This document shows, one piece after another, positions 37,951 through 47,924 of a stretch of 64,000 nt of DNA. The first letter of the stretch is position 1. Every line of letters begins with the position of its first letter. The stretch lies in the NCBI GenBank assembly GCA_046290465.1, contig JBKAGP010000001.1:4000001-4064000 (forward strand), in the 5' to 3' direction. This stretch comes from Planctomycetota bacterium (GTDB lineage Bacteria; Planctomycetota; UBA1135; UBA2386). Under the pieces are notes generated by a model. The model was given only the letters and a program-made list of their open reading frames with translations. It ran no database searches and was not told the DNA's origin. The translations under genes and the position numbers were made by a program.

Positions 37951-40608
37951 ATGACCATGCCAAAGCCAGCCGCCCCCGAGCCAGGAGACCGCCTTGCTCG
38001 CGTGATCGAGATCCACCACGAGTTCCTCGCGAGTGGCGGCAAGGACCACGAAGCCGTTCTGCGCCAACACGAAGATCTGCGGGAACTGCTCGAACCACTA
38101 TTGCTCGAATCGTTTTCGGGTGATGAGTCCTCACCGGAGGGCGACGCGAGCGACGTTGGAGGAGGCACACGCACCATCGGCGACTACCGCATCGTCGGCG
38201 AGCTCGGCCGCGGTGGAATGGGCGTGGTCTACGAGGCAGAGCAAACGTCACTCGGTCGTTGCGTCGCTTTGAAGGTCCTGCCACCGAGTTCGCTGCTCGA
38301 CGAAAGGGCCGTGGCGAGGTTTCGCCGCGAAGCACAGATCGCCGCCAACCTCGATCACCCACACATCACGAAGGTGTTCGACAGCGGCGACCACGACGGC
38401 CAGCTGTGGATTGCCATGGAACTCGTCGCCGGCACTCCATTATCGGAGCTGCTGGCCCTGCGCGCCGGCACGCAGGCGAGTGACGTCCGCTTCGCGGTCG
38501 AACTGATCGCACAGGTTGCCGACGCGCTTGAGCACTCCCACGCGGCCGGCATCGTGCATCGCGACGTAAAGCCGGCCAACATTATTGTGCAAGACGGCGG
38601 CAACGCGATGCTGGCCGACTTCGGCGTCGCCCGCAGTGCCGAAGCGATGTCGGTCACGATGACCGGCGACTTCGCCGGCACACCGAACTACGCGTCCCCA
38701 GAACAACTACGCGCGCGCCAAAACAACATCGATCATCGAACCGACATCTTCTCGCTCGGTGCAACGCTGTACGAGTTGCTGACCCTGCAGAAGCCGTTCG
38801 ACGCCGATTCCATAACCGAGCTGCGCTACCGGATCGAACGACGTGACCCGCATGCACCGTCCCGGTTGGTACGGGCCGTCTCGCGCGACCTCGATTCGAT
38901 CGTGCTTCGCGCGTTGGAAAAGGACGCAAGCAAGCGCTACGCCACCGCTGCGGCGTTTGCTGACGATCTGCGGCGCTGGCAGAGTGGTCGTCCTGTGCAT
39001 GCGCGACCCGTCGGAGCTCTGGTTCGAATCGCCCGATGGTGCCGACGCAATCCGCTTCCAGCAGCGTTCCTGCTCTCGATCACCGCGGCGCTGCTCGTCG
39101 TGCTGCAACTGGCGCGGGTCGCCGATAGCCGCTTGGTGCAGTTCCAGAGCGTCAAGCTAGGACGCGACATCGAACTGATCAAACTCGCGATGCGGTCGGC
39201 GCCCGCCGCTGCGCCTGCTACGGCCGCACAACTTCACCAAGTCGCCGGGTCCGCCGAAGACCTGCTCGTGCAGGTGCCCAGGCTGCGCACTATCCTCGCC
39301 GATCTAACCGCCGAAGGAGTCTCGACTTCGCACGTCGAACCGCGCCGGCTCCTCAAAGAACATCCGGCAGCCGCCTACCTCGACCGACTACGCACGGATC
39401 GGGCAGCAACTGCCAGACGATTGGCGCAACGCGTCGCATCCGGTGAGGCGCGGCCCGAGTGGCAAGCGACGGTCGCAGGTCGCCTGGCAAAGGTCGATGC
39501 ACAGATCGAGACGCTCACGGCACTGATCGCGCAACGCCGTCGCTGGGCGTTCGCCGACGACGAAGTCGAGTATCTGCACGACACCATTGAGGACTACGTC
39601 GCCGAATTGCAGTGGCTAGCCGAATACCGGATACCCGAAATCCGCCGACGGGCCGCGTGGGCAGATGAACTCGGCAAGCCGTTGTCGCAGGCCAACCGCG
39701 ACCTCTGGCAGGAAGCCATCGGGGTCGCGGCGTGCGACAAGCCATACGGCAACCTCAAGCTTGCCATACAACCCGGCCTGGTGCCCCTCGGTGCCGACCG
39801 CGACAGCGGCTTGCTTGAGTTCGCGCACCACCGTTCCGGCAGGATTCCGAAGCGCGACGCCGACGGCAAGCTCATGCTCGACGCAGAATCGGCACTGGTC
39901 TTTGTGCTGATTCCCGGCGGCACGCCGATCATCGGCGCCCAGACCACCAACCCATCCGGCGCCAACTTCGACGAATACGCGGCACAAAACGAACTCTCAC
40001 CGAAGAAGGTCCAACTCGACCCGTTCTTGTTGAGCAAGTTTGAGATGACTCACGCCCAGTGGACGCGGCTCGCCACCGGACTCGACGTCTACCACCGCGC
40101 CGCGCACTTCGAAGGACGGGAAGGCTTCGAAGTAAAGCCGATCGCGCGCGTTTCGTGGGTCAACTGCCAACGACTCTGCACAGCGAAGGGTCTACTACTG
40201 CCGACGGAATCGCAGTGGGAATACGCATGTCGCGCCGGCTCCCCGCACATGTTCTGGACGGGCGAAGAAGCACAGAGCCTGGACGGCAAGGAACACGTCG
40301 ACGATCGCAACGCCGGGCGGGTTAGCGCCTACGCGATGGCACCGAATCCGTTCGGGCTACACAACATGGCAGGCAACGTGCAGGAGTGGTGCCGCGATCC
40401 GTTCATCGATCGCGGCTGGCAGTCCGCACCCGGTGACGGCGTCCGCAGCGGCACCCCGGACGGCGATCACCGCGCCATTCGCGGTGGCCTCTACACCTAC
40501 GACGCCTGGAACTCGCGCCCGACCGCACGCAACACCAGCAGCGCCCGAGACGAGAAGGAGATCATCGGCCTCCGGCCGGCGATGCGTCTCGTACCTGCGA
40601 ACGACTGA
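37951..40608 (+). CDS. Ser/Thr protein kinase with C-terminal FGE-sulfatase (SUMF1) domain
   Basis: LGRGGMGVVY, VALK, HRDVKPANI, DFG, GTPNYASPEQ; LPTESQWEYACRAG, NPFGLHNMAGNVQEWC. Confidence 0.95.
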   Translation: MTMPKPAAPEPGDRLARVIEIHHEFLASGGKDHEAVLRQHEDLRELLEPLLLESFSGDESSPEGDASDVGGGTRTIGDYRIVGELGRGGMGVVYEAEQTSLGRCVALKVLPPSSLLDERAVARFRREAQIAANLDHPHITKVFDSGDHDGQLWIAMELVAGTPLSELLALRAGTQASDVRFAVELIAQVADALEHSHAAGIVHRDVKPANIIVQDGGNAMLADFGVARSAEAMSVTMTGDFAGTPNYASPEQLRARQNNIDHRTDIFSLGATLYELLTLQKPFDADSITELRYRIERRDPHAPSRLVRAVSRDLDSIVLRALEKDASKRYATAAAFADDLRRWQSGRPVHARPVGALVRIARWCRRNPLPAAFLLSITAALLVVLQLARVADSRLVQFQSVKLGRDIELIKLAMRSAPAAAPATAAQLHQVAGSAEDLLVQVPRLRTILADLTAEGVSTSHVEPRRLLKEHPAAAYLDRLRTDRAATARRLAQRVASGEARPEWQATVAGRLAKVDAQIETLTALIAQRRRWAFADDEVEYLHDTIEDYVAELQWLAEYRIPEIRRRAAWADELGKPLSQANRDLWQEAIGVAACDKPYGNLKLAIQPGLVPLGADRDSGLLEFAHHRSGRIPKRDADGKLMLDAESALVFVLIPGGTPIIGAQTTNPSGANFDEYAAQNELSPKKVQLDPFLLSKFEMTHAQWTRLATGLDVYHRAAHFEGREGFEVKPIARVSWVNCQRLCTAKGLLLPTESQWEYACRAGSPHMFWTGEEAQSLDGKEHVDDRNAGRVSAYAMAPNPFGLHNMAGNVQEWCRDPFIDRGWQSAPGDGVRSGTPDGDHRAIRGGLYTYDAWNSRPTARNTSSARDEKEIIGLRPAMRLVPAND

Positions 40609-40652
40609 GTCCCTTTCTACATAAGGCACCACGATTGAAGAAGGAGAGTCCG

Positions 40653-42656
40653 ATGCCTGCCACCACCCGCAGAATCCTGACCGCCGTCACTATGACAGCG
40701 TCACTTGCCGCCCAGAACGTCCAGGGCAATTCAAACGCGCACAGCTTCACGACCCACCAAACCGGCACGTTCGGCCTGTTCGCCGCCAACGATCAGGCGG
40801 TCGGAAAGGAGCTGTGGAAGCTCGACCTGCTTTCGAACACTACCAGCATCGTCGCTGACATCCGGCCCGGTGCCGTTGGATCCAACCCGACCGGGATGAC
40901 CTTCCTCGGACCCGACTACGTTTTCGCAGCCGACAACGGCGCGACCGGTGACGAACTCTGGCGCAGCGACGGCACCACCGCGTCGCTCGTGCTCGACATC
41001 AACCCGACCGGCTCCTCCTACCCGCGCGAATTCACCGTCGTTGGCACCCGGGTTTTCTTCGTAGCGAACGACGGCCTCACCGGTGACGAACTCTGGCAGT
41101 ACGACGGGACCACCGCTTCGCTTGTCGCCGACATCAATCCCATCGGTGGGTCCAAGCCGCGTTCGTTGACCGCCTTTCAAGGTGTCCTGTTGTTCTCGGC
41201 CGACGACGGCTTCAGCGGGCCCGAACTCTGGCGAACGGATGGCACGGCGGCTGGCACCGCACTCATCGCAGACATCTCGCCCGGCCCTAAAGGCAGCTTG
41301 CCAGCCGAACTTACACAGGTCTCCGCGACGACGGTCGCCTTCGTGGCGAACGACGGCATCGCCGGCGCCGAGCTGTGGCGCACCGACGGGATCACGGCCG
41401 TGCAACTGGCAGACATCTTCCCCGGCGCCAACGGGTCCGCACCCAGTAACCTGACACGGCACCTGTCAAGGGTCTACTTCGCGGCGACCAGCCCGACCAA
41501 CGGACGCGAATTGTGGGTCACGGACGGCGCAACTACGCAACTGTTCGCCGACATCCAACCCGGGGTCGGAGGCTCCGACCCACGCGAGCTCGTCTCCGAC
41601 GGGTTCCTCGATCTGTGGTTCACCGCCGACGACGGCCCGAACGGCAACGAGATCTGGCGATCAGTAGGCCTGACCGGGCCACCGATTCGCATCACCAACC
41701 TAGTTCCCGGGACGGGCAGCCTTGAGCCGCGCTCCCTCACGCCGACCGGCAACATCGGTGAAATCGCGTTCGTCGACCGCGCCTTCACGCCGAGCTTGTG
41801 GACCGCGAGCGCATTCGGTAGCACGACGACGCTGCAGCGGACCTATCGTAACGGTCCGGTCGGTATGGCGTCCCATCGCAACATCTTCGGCGCCGGCTTG
41901 ATCTTCACCGCGGACGACGGCCTGGGCATGGAACCGTACCGTTTCACGGTAACCGGCCCCCAGATCATCGCTGACATTGCACCGCCTCCGAGCGAAGACC
42001 GGCCGGACATCGATCTGCACGCGGCACCCGACACCTTGTCGATCACGATCTGCATGGAGAACGGTGATCCGGGCGGCGTGGGTGTCATCGCAGTTGCTCC
42101 GAACATCTCGGCCCCGATTTCTCTCCCGGCCGTCATTGCCGGCAACGTCCTGATCCAGCCGCCGGTCTTTACGTCGATCGTCTTGCTGGATGGCACGGGT
42201 GCCGGCTGCTTCACAACCAACATTCCGCTACCGGTCACTACCGCCGAACTGGCGGCGCAGGGTTTCGGCCTCTACCCCTCGACCCCCTCAATCCGTGCAA
42301 CGGATCTCGGCGCCTTCGGCGTAACTAGCTTGAGCTCGGTGCCGATGTTTACCGGGGACACCCGAGTTGTCGGTGTGTTCAACGACAAGGACCACCGCTA
42401 CGAGATCGGCCTGAAGCTTCCGCCACTACCAAGCAGCGGACGTCACCCAACCGGCAAGTTCCGGGTCCGGCACCGCAAGGGCCAAGGCGCGGCGAGCATG
42501 CTGACCGACGTGCCCGGCAACGCGTTTGACTACCAAGGGTATGAGACCGATCTGTTCTTCGAAGGCTCGACCGTGCTTGAGGAGATCGAAGGCATCGAGT
42601 TGTGGTTCATCGACAGCGAGGGCAGCGAGCAGTTCGTCTGGAGGTCGTACTGCTGA
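40653..42656 (+). CDS. Secreted ELWxxDGT-repeat protein
   Basis: Repeats GDELWRSDGT, GDELWQYDGT, GPELWRTDGT, GAELWRTDG, GRELWVTDG. Confidence 0.92.
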   Translation: MPATTRRILTAVTMTASLAAQNVQGNSNAHSFTTHQTGTFGLFAANDQAVGKELWKLDLLSNTTSIVADIRPGAVGSNPTGMTFLGPDYVFAADNGATGDELWRSDGTTASLVLDINPTGSSYPREFTVVGTRVFFVANDGLTGDELWQYDGTTASLVADINPIGGSKPRSLTAFQGVLLFSADDGFSGPELWRTDGTAAGTALIADISPGPKGSLPAELTQVSATTVAFVANDGIAGAELWRTDGITAVQLADIFPGANGSAPSNLTRHLSRVYFAATSPTNGRELWVTDGATTQLFADIQPGVGGSDPRELVSDGFLDLWFTADDGPNGNEIWRSVGLTGPPIRITNLVPGTGSLEPRSLTPTGNIGEIAFVDRAFTPSLWTASAFGSTTTLQRTYRNGPVGMASHRNIFGAGLIFTADDGLGMEPYRFTVTGPQIIADIAPPPSEDRPDIDLHAAPDTLSITICMENGDPGGVGVIAVAPNISAPISLPAVIAGNVLIQPPVFTSIVLLDGTGAGCFTTNIPLPVTTAELAAQGFGLYPSTPSIRATDLGAFGVTSLSSVPMFTGDTRVVGVFNDKDHRYEIGLKLPPLPSSGRHPTGKFRVRHRKGQGAASMLTDVPGNAFDYQGYETDLFFEGSTVLEEIEGIELWFIDSEGSEQFVWRSYC

Positions 42657-42663
42657 GCCGAGC

Positions 42664-43314
42664 TTAGGCGAGAAACTCATCAACACTGCCGCGCTTCATC
42701 GCCATCAACTTCTTGGAGATCCTGGCGATGGCGCGGTTGCACCGGACACGCGCCGAATCCTCCTTCATGTCGACGGCCGTGCCGATCGTCGCGAAGTCCA
42801 GCTCGTCGTAGATGCGCATGATCACGATGCGCTGATCCGTCGGCGGCAACGTCGCGATCGCCAAGCGAACGGCGGCTTCGCGCTCGTTGCCACGAACCGC
42901 CTCGGTCGGCGTCGTATCGTCGGCGGCGCACATGTGCAGCCTTACCGATGTGCCGCTGGGCAACGGCTTCTCACGGGCAACCTGGCGCCGCATCCGCGCA
43001 AACCAACGATGTTGACCAGCGATAACGCCATCGACGATCTTCACCAACAGGCCACGCAACTGTTCGCGCGTCTCGACCTCGAACGGCGGCGAGTAGCGCA
43101 TGAACTCGACAACGGCATCCTGCAGGACATCGCCGGTATCCGCCTTGCTCCGAACCTGGCGGCCGAGCCGCCCGTGCGCGTAGCGGCGCAGATACTCCAT
43201 GTTGCTATCGAGTATCTGACCGAGCGCGCCATGATCCCGTTCTTGAAACCACCGGCGCAACAGCGCGGGCAGCGCGGCCTTGTCTCGATCGGCGTCTTCA
43301 GGTGATTCGTGCAC
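42664..43314 (-). CDS. ECF sigma-70 factor
   Basis: YLRRYAHGRLG...DTGDVLQDA (region 2); LPPTDQRIVIMRIYDELDFATIG...ARVRCNRA (region 4). Confidence 0.9.
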   Translation of the reverse strand: MHESPEDADRDKAALPALLRRWFQERDHGALGQILDSNMEYLRRYAHGRLGRQVRSKADTGDVLQDAVVEFMRYSPPFEVETREQLRGLLVKIVDGVIAGQHRWFARMRRQVAREKPLPSGTSVRLHMCAADDTTPTEAVRGNEREAAVRLAIATLPPTDQRIVIMRIYDELDFATIGTAVDMKEDSARVRCNRAIARISKKLMAMKRGSVDEFLA

Positions 43315-43452
43315 AGCTCACCACCTCGTGATCACTGGACCAAGCGAAGTGGCAAGCCATCATATAGCATCTGCCACGGTTGACATGAGTCGGCGAGTAA
43401 TACCGGCAAACCCTTGAGCCAGCAGCAGGGCGCCCGCCGAGACTCCGAGCGC

Positions 43453-44771
43453 GTCCTGTCCGGAAAGTCGGCCGACGCTGATTCGGCCAGAATCCCGAGC
43501 TCAGATGCCGCCGATGGCCGATTCGCGATCTCTGATTCCGGCCGAGCAGGCGGACTGGTGGCGGGGATCGAGGTCGCCAACCAGTCTGTCGCGAAGCAGT
43601 AGGGCCGTCAGGCCACGCGTCGATAGCTGCGAAGCAGCCCGCCGAGACGCTCGTCGGCGACGACCTCGCCATCTCTCGGCGGTTCACTGTCGCCTGCCGT
43701 GACCAGGCGGTTGTCGAGCCCCTGGTGCGGTCGGTCCTGGTTGTAGTGGTCGACGTAGCTCTGGAGAGCGCGTCGCAGGTGCGCCTCGCCGAGCAGGATC
43801 AGCTTGCTCAGGCACTCGCGCTTGACGCTCTGCACCCATCGCTCGGCGAAGGCGTTCATGTTCGGCGCCTGGACAGCGGTTCGCACAACCTGGACACCGG
43901 CAGCGTCGAGGATGCCGACGAACTGCTTCGTGAACAGCGTGTCGTTGTCGAGGATCAGGTATCGCTGCCCGCGCTGGAAGCCATCGACGTGGTCGGTCAG
44001 GTTGCGCGCGACCTGCGCCATGAAGCCCGCGTTCGGCTTGGTCGTCACGCCGGCGATCTCGACGCGGCGTGTCGCGTGCTGGATGGCAAGCAGCACGTAG
44101 TGGGTGACGAGCCCGCGCCTGGTCCATAAGTCGACCGTGAAGAAGTCCATGCCGCAGATGACGTCAGCGTGCGCCTTCAAGAAGGTCCGCCAACTGGTCG
44201 GCCGATCCGGGCTCGGCTTGATGCTGTTGTCCTTGAGGGTGGCCGCGATGGTGGTTCGGCCGACGCGGTGCCCGACCTTCTTCAGCTCGCCCTGGATACG
44301 CAGGTAGCCCCAGCTCGCGTTCTCGGTGGCCATGCGCACGATCAGCTCGCGGATCGCCTTCATGATGCCTGGTCGGCCAACGCGACCCTTGTGCGGGTAG
44401 GTGTGGTGCGCAGCGATCAGCCGGCGGTGCCATCTCAGGATCGTGTCGGGCGTGACGATCGTCGCGACGCGGTCGAGCATGCGGCGGCCGAGCGGCTTGC
44501 CCTTGGCCGCGAGACGTCGGCGTTGGTCGTCGGTCAGGCGGAGTCGCTTCCTGCCGAGCTGTTCCTTCAGCACGCGGTTCTCTTCGGCCAGGTAGTCGAT
44601 GACCTGCGATTGCTGCCTGTTGACGAAGCCGGCGAACGCGGCGAGTAGGAACCTGAGCGGGAAGGTGGTGCTCATCAGCCTGTATCGGCGCTCGAGTGCG
44701 GGGCTTCGTTCCGAAGCCGGCGCACTGCCATCACCGAGCCCGTCGCATCACGCCTGGACTCCGCATGCCTG
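43453..44771 (-). mobile_element. IS-like element with an integrase-core (rve) DDE transposase, apparently intact
   Basis: Homologous to 47925-49252 from the tip GTCCTGTCCGGAAAGTCGGCCGAC to about 100 bp upstream of the start codon. Confidence 0.85.
43608..44675 (-). CDS. Integrase-core-domain transposase (IS3/IS481-like DDE)
   Basis: IVTPDTILRWHR, ENASWGYLRIQGEL, CGMDFFTV, LILDND, NAFAERWVQSVKRECL, HYNQDRPHQG. Confidence 0.92.
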   Translation of the reverse strand: MSTTFPLRFLLAAFAGFVNRQQSQVIDYLAEENRVLKEQLGRKRLRLTDDQRRRLAAKGKPLGRRMLDRVATIVTPDTILRWHRRLIAAHHTYPHKGRVGRPGIMKAIRELIVRMATENASWGYLRIQGELKKVGHRVGRTTIAATLKDNSIKPSPDRPTSWRTFLKAHADVICGMDFFTVDLWTRRGLVTHYVLLAIQHATRRVEIAGVTTKPNAGFMAQVARNLTDHVDGFQRGQRYLILDNDTLFTKQFVGILDAAGVQVVRTAVQAPNMNAFAERWVQSVKRECLSKLILLGEAHLRRALQSYVDHYNQDRPHQGLDNRLVTAGDSEPPRDGEVVADERLGGLLRSYRRVA

Positions 44772-44801
44772 TCGGCATCAGCCCCCTTTCGATTCGTCAG
44801 C

Positions 44802-45100
44802 TCACTCTCTTCGCTTGCGCCAGTAGCCGGGGCGTCGGTGCAGGTGCGCGACTGCGAGTACGAGGACTCGATCGACGCGAAGGGCGTAGATCAGCGCGAA
44901 TGGGAATCTGCGGAGAAGCAGCGCCGGGTGCCCGTGACGTCCTCGGGCCAGCGATGAGGCGCCTCTTGCAGGACGGCGAACCCTCGCTCCAGCTCGGCGA
45001 CGAAGGCGTCAGCGGCTCGCGGGCTACGTTCTGCATACCACGCGCGCGCCGCGGCCGCCTCCTCGACGGCCTCGGGGTGGAACGACAGTTCGACGCCCAC
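44802..45100 (-). pseudogene. RelE/ParE-family toxin, frameshifted
   Basis: LSFHPEAVEEAAAARAWY...; a 1-nt loss near 44919 moves LLRRFPFALIY...VLAVAHLHRRPGYWRKR into another frame. Confidence 0.85.
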
Positions 45101-45101
45101 G

Positions 45102-45320
45102 CTAGCCCGAGATCCGGCGACGAGCCTCGTCGAGGTCGACGGCGTTCACTCTGCCAGTGTCGAGGTCGGTCAGGCGTCGCTGGATCTCGGCAGACCAGGC
45201 GGCTTCAGCGTCAGCGTCTACCGCGCTCTCGAGGCTGCGCAACAGGCTGCCCGCGAGTGCCGCGCAGGCCTCGGCAGGTAGCGACATGGCGCGACGCAGG
45301 AGGTCCTCGGAGTCGTTCAT
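45102..45320 (-). CDS. Addiction-module antitoxin component
   Basis: LLRRAMSLP...ALAGSLLRSL...AEAAWSAEIQRR...GRV; directly upstream of the toxin. Confidence 0.85.
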   Translation of the reverse strand: MNDSEDLLRRAMSLPAEACAALAGSLLRSLESAVDADAEAAWSAEIQRRLTDLDTGRVNAVDLDEARRRISG

Positions 45321-45392
45321 GCGGATTAGCATACCTTGCTGGGGGCGTTGGTGCTGCGAGCCGGTTGCGGCGGCGGGTGGCGTTTCGGCCGC

Positions 45393-45667
45393 GAGTGTGC
45401 AACGGAGTGTGCAACGACCTTGGTCACAGCCTGGCACAACGTGGCACGATCGCTGGCGCCAGATGGTGCCGCATCGCCCGACACGTGGCACGGTTAGGCA
45501 CATCCTGACACAGCGTGGCACAACGCCGCCCTGCGTCTTCGAGTCCTGCAGGGCCTACCACTCGGATCGTGCGCGGATGGCGCGTAGTTGCCGATTCGCG
45601 GGGGTCGGAGTACTCGGGGAGGGCGAGTGTGCAATGGCCTCGGTCACAACGTGGCACGGCCTGGCAC
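45393..45667 (+). other. Complete attP-like junction: left arm, core at 45538-45560, right arm
   Basis: Left part matches 11622-11786 and right part matches 33516-33656; core identical. Confidence 0.9.
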
Positions 45668-45679
45668 GGATGGGGGAGC

Positions 45680-45830
45680 TCGGGTTGCCGCGCCCGCGCA
45701 CGGGCGGTGGCGTCCGTGCACCGGTTCGACTCGGCGCTACGGCCGAATCTGCACTACCACGTGGTGTGGTTGGACGGGGCGTATCCGTGGCAGCCGCGGC
45801 ATGGCGTTGTCACCTGCCACGAGTGCGAAG
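45680..45830 (+). pseudogene. IS91-family (HUH/Y2) transposase fragment
   Basis: AVASVHRFDSALRPNLHYHVVWLDGAY matches the QRFGSALN.N.HFH...LDGVY HUH motif. Confidence 0.7.
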
Positions 45831-46149
45831 GGCTCGAGCAACGGCGGGGGCTACGGCTGCAACCGGCGCCCGTAGGGTCGTCTCGGTCGTCGGCGGCCGC
45901 ATGCTTGTTACAAATGGTGCGCCGCGCCCGCCTGGCGCGTCCGGGAGGTTAGGTCGCTCCGCGGCTGAAGGGTCGCAAGTCGACGTGCTAGGGGAAGGTA
46001 GGCACCGAATGGCCGCCCCGATGAGGAGGCGACCGCCACCTCAATCGACGTTCCCTGGCACGGATTCCATGCTAAGCACTTTCGACTTGGCCCCCTTGGC
46101 AGGTCGTTGGTAGATCGCCTCCCTACACCGCCGAACCGAGGAACGCCTG

Positions 46150-46908
46150 ATGGAACATCCGAACTCGAAGGCAATGGCAAAGCTGCGGCTACTTGCGCCG
46201 TTGCTCCAGAAGCACGCGAAGCGCCTCTGCAAGCTCGTGCGCCCGGACTTCCCACCCGCCCAACGCCCGCAGCCGCAGACGCTCATCCAGGTCGCCGAGG
46301 CCGAGATCGAGTCGTCGAGCACGGAACCCGGGCCGCTTGCGATCATGCACGTGTCGTGGAATGCGATGCGCAGGTACATCCGCGAGCAACAGTTCCAGGC
46401 CATGGAGCGTGATCTCCACTCGTATGCGGTCAGGCTGGCCCACGCAATCGCCGTAGTCGGCACGCCGGCGCGCACCCGCGCCGAAACGGCACTCAACCAG
46501 GCCGGCTACGAGTACATCCGCAACCAGAATGCCCTGCTCGAACGCGTTCCGGCGAAGGCGTGGTGCCAGAGATTGATCGAGTGGCGGTTGAAGGACGGTG
46601 ATCGCGCTGATCGCCGCAACGCCGTGATCGTCGTCGATTCGCCAGCGACGTTGGCCGAGAGCAAGGAGTCCGTCCTCGACACGGTCGCGACCCGTGAGTT
46701 GGCGCAGTTCGTGGCCGCCTCGGTCAAGAAGCTTGGGTCGCCCTACGACTTGATTTTCCAGGCGTTGACGTGCGACGGCCTCAAGCAGGCCGAGGTCGCG
46801 GAGAAACTCGACATGGAGCTGTGGCGTGTGAAGGCATGCAAGGGATTACTCGACACCGCGATCCTGCAAGCTATCGAGAGCTACTCAAAGGGAGGCGAAG
46901 ATGAGTAA
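46150..46908 (+). CDS. Divergent sigma-70-like protein (region 4 HTH at C-terminus)
   Basis: VKKLGSPYDLIFQALTCDGLKQAEVAEKLDM..WRVK; stop overlaps the next gene. Confidence 0.6.
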   Translation: MEHPNSKAMAKLRLLAPLLQKHAKRLCKLVRPDFPPAQRPQPQTLIQVAEAEIESSSTEPGPLAIMHVSWNAMRRYIREQQFQAMERDLHSYAVRLAHAIAVVGTPARTRAETALNQAGYEYIRNQNALLERVPAKAWCQRLIEWRLKDGDRADRRNAVIVVDSPATLAESKESVLDTVATRELAQFVAASVKKLGSPYDLIFQALTCDGLKQAEVAEKLDMELWRVKACKGLLDTAILQAIESYSKGGEDE

Positions 46909-47887
46909 CGCGAAGAAGCGAACGACCGTCCCGCTCAAGGCGCTGCCAGCAATTTCGCTGGCAGCCAAGCTGCTGGACGAAGATCGCAGCAAGTGCCCCA
47001 GCATTGATTCGATCGGCATCGTCGCCTACTCGGCCCTCGGAGTGGGCGGTAGCCTGTCGGAAGCTGACCAGCACGTGTTCGCAACCGTCAAAGCACACCT
47101 GTTCGAGTGCGCGCGGTGTGCCGCGGACTACCGATACCTGTTGCGCGATATCTCGCGCGACGAGCGCGACGACAAGCAGAAGAACTGCATCCAGATGAGT
47201 TTTGACCTGTCGGATGCGCTGGTGTCGTCGCAGGAGACGGTCCCGCCACTGCGCAATGCGATCGTCGCGGCCGAGGTGTCAAAGACCATCGGCACCGTCA
47301 AGCACGGCAAGTTGATCTACGCGCCACCGACGCCGGCCGAATTGGTTGAGAACGTCCTAGCCGTCGAGGCGAACAGCATGAGGAAGGCCGACAGCTACCG
47401 CTCCATATCGCGCATAAACTTCCACCGGAGCATCAAGTGCCTCGCGGGCCATCCCGGCGAAGGTCCGTTCTTCGATGCGCTGGTCGGAGCGTTGTCGCGC
47501 GGAGCCAAGGCTCGGCGCATCTTCCCGCTTCCGATAGGACATTCGCAACAGGTGCTGGACGCTCTTGTGGGCAACGGCGACTTGCCGGAGGGCTACGAGT
47601 TCTTGCGTGCCCATCATCGGTTGTCGGAGGAGTTCCCGGGGTACGAGATCCGGTTCCTGACGACGGACGCCGAACAGGTCAACTTCGGTATGTTCGAGGA
47701 TGGTGCGACGGGCACCCGTCGGTGCTTCGAGCCCTACTACGAGGACGGCCGCACTCGCGGATTGACGTGCGTTCTGTCGGCCGACAACTACGTCTCAATG
47801 TGGGACTGCGTCTGGGACGAGGCTATCTCGGCTCATGACGCGCAGTTCGAAGCCGGGATGGCCCCCGACGACACCAGCGCGCCGTAG
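46901..47887 (+). CDS. Zinc-finger (HxxxCxxC) anti-sigma-like protein with soluble C-terminal domain
   Basis: GGAGG RBS; VKAHLFECARCAADY; no TM segment. Confidence 0.6.
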   Translation: MSNAKKRTTVPLKALPAISLAAKLLDEDRSKCPSIDSIGIVAYSALGVGGSLSEADQHVFATVKAHLFECARCAADYRYLLRDISRDERDDKQKNCIQMSFDLSDALVSSQETVPPLRNAIVAAEVSKTIGTVKHGKLIYAPPTPAELVENVLAVEANSMRKADSYRSISRINFHRSIKCLAGHPGEGPFFDALVGALSRGAKARRIFPLPIGHSQQVLDALVGNGDLPEGYEFLRAHHRLSEEFPGYEIRFLTTDAEQVNFGMFEDGATGTRRCFEPYYEDGRTRGLTCVLSADNYVSMWDCVWDEAISAHDAQFEAGMAPDDTSAP

Positions 47888-47924
47888 GAACGGGCGCTGG
47901 CGCAGATTGGTGGGCTCGAAGCGC

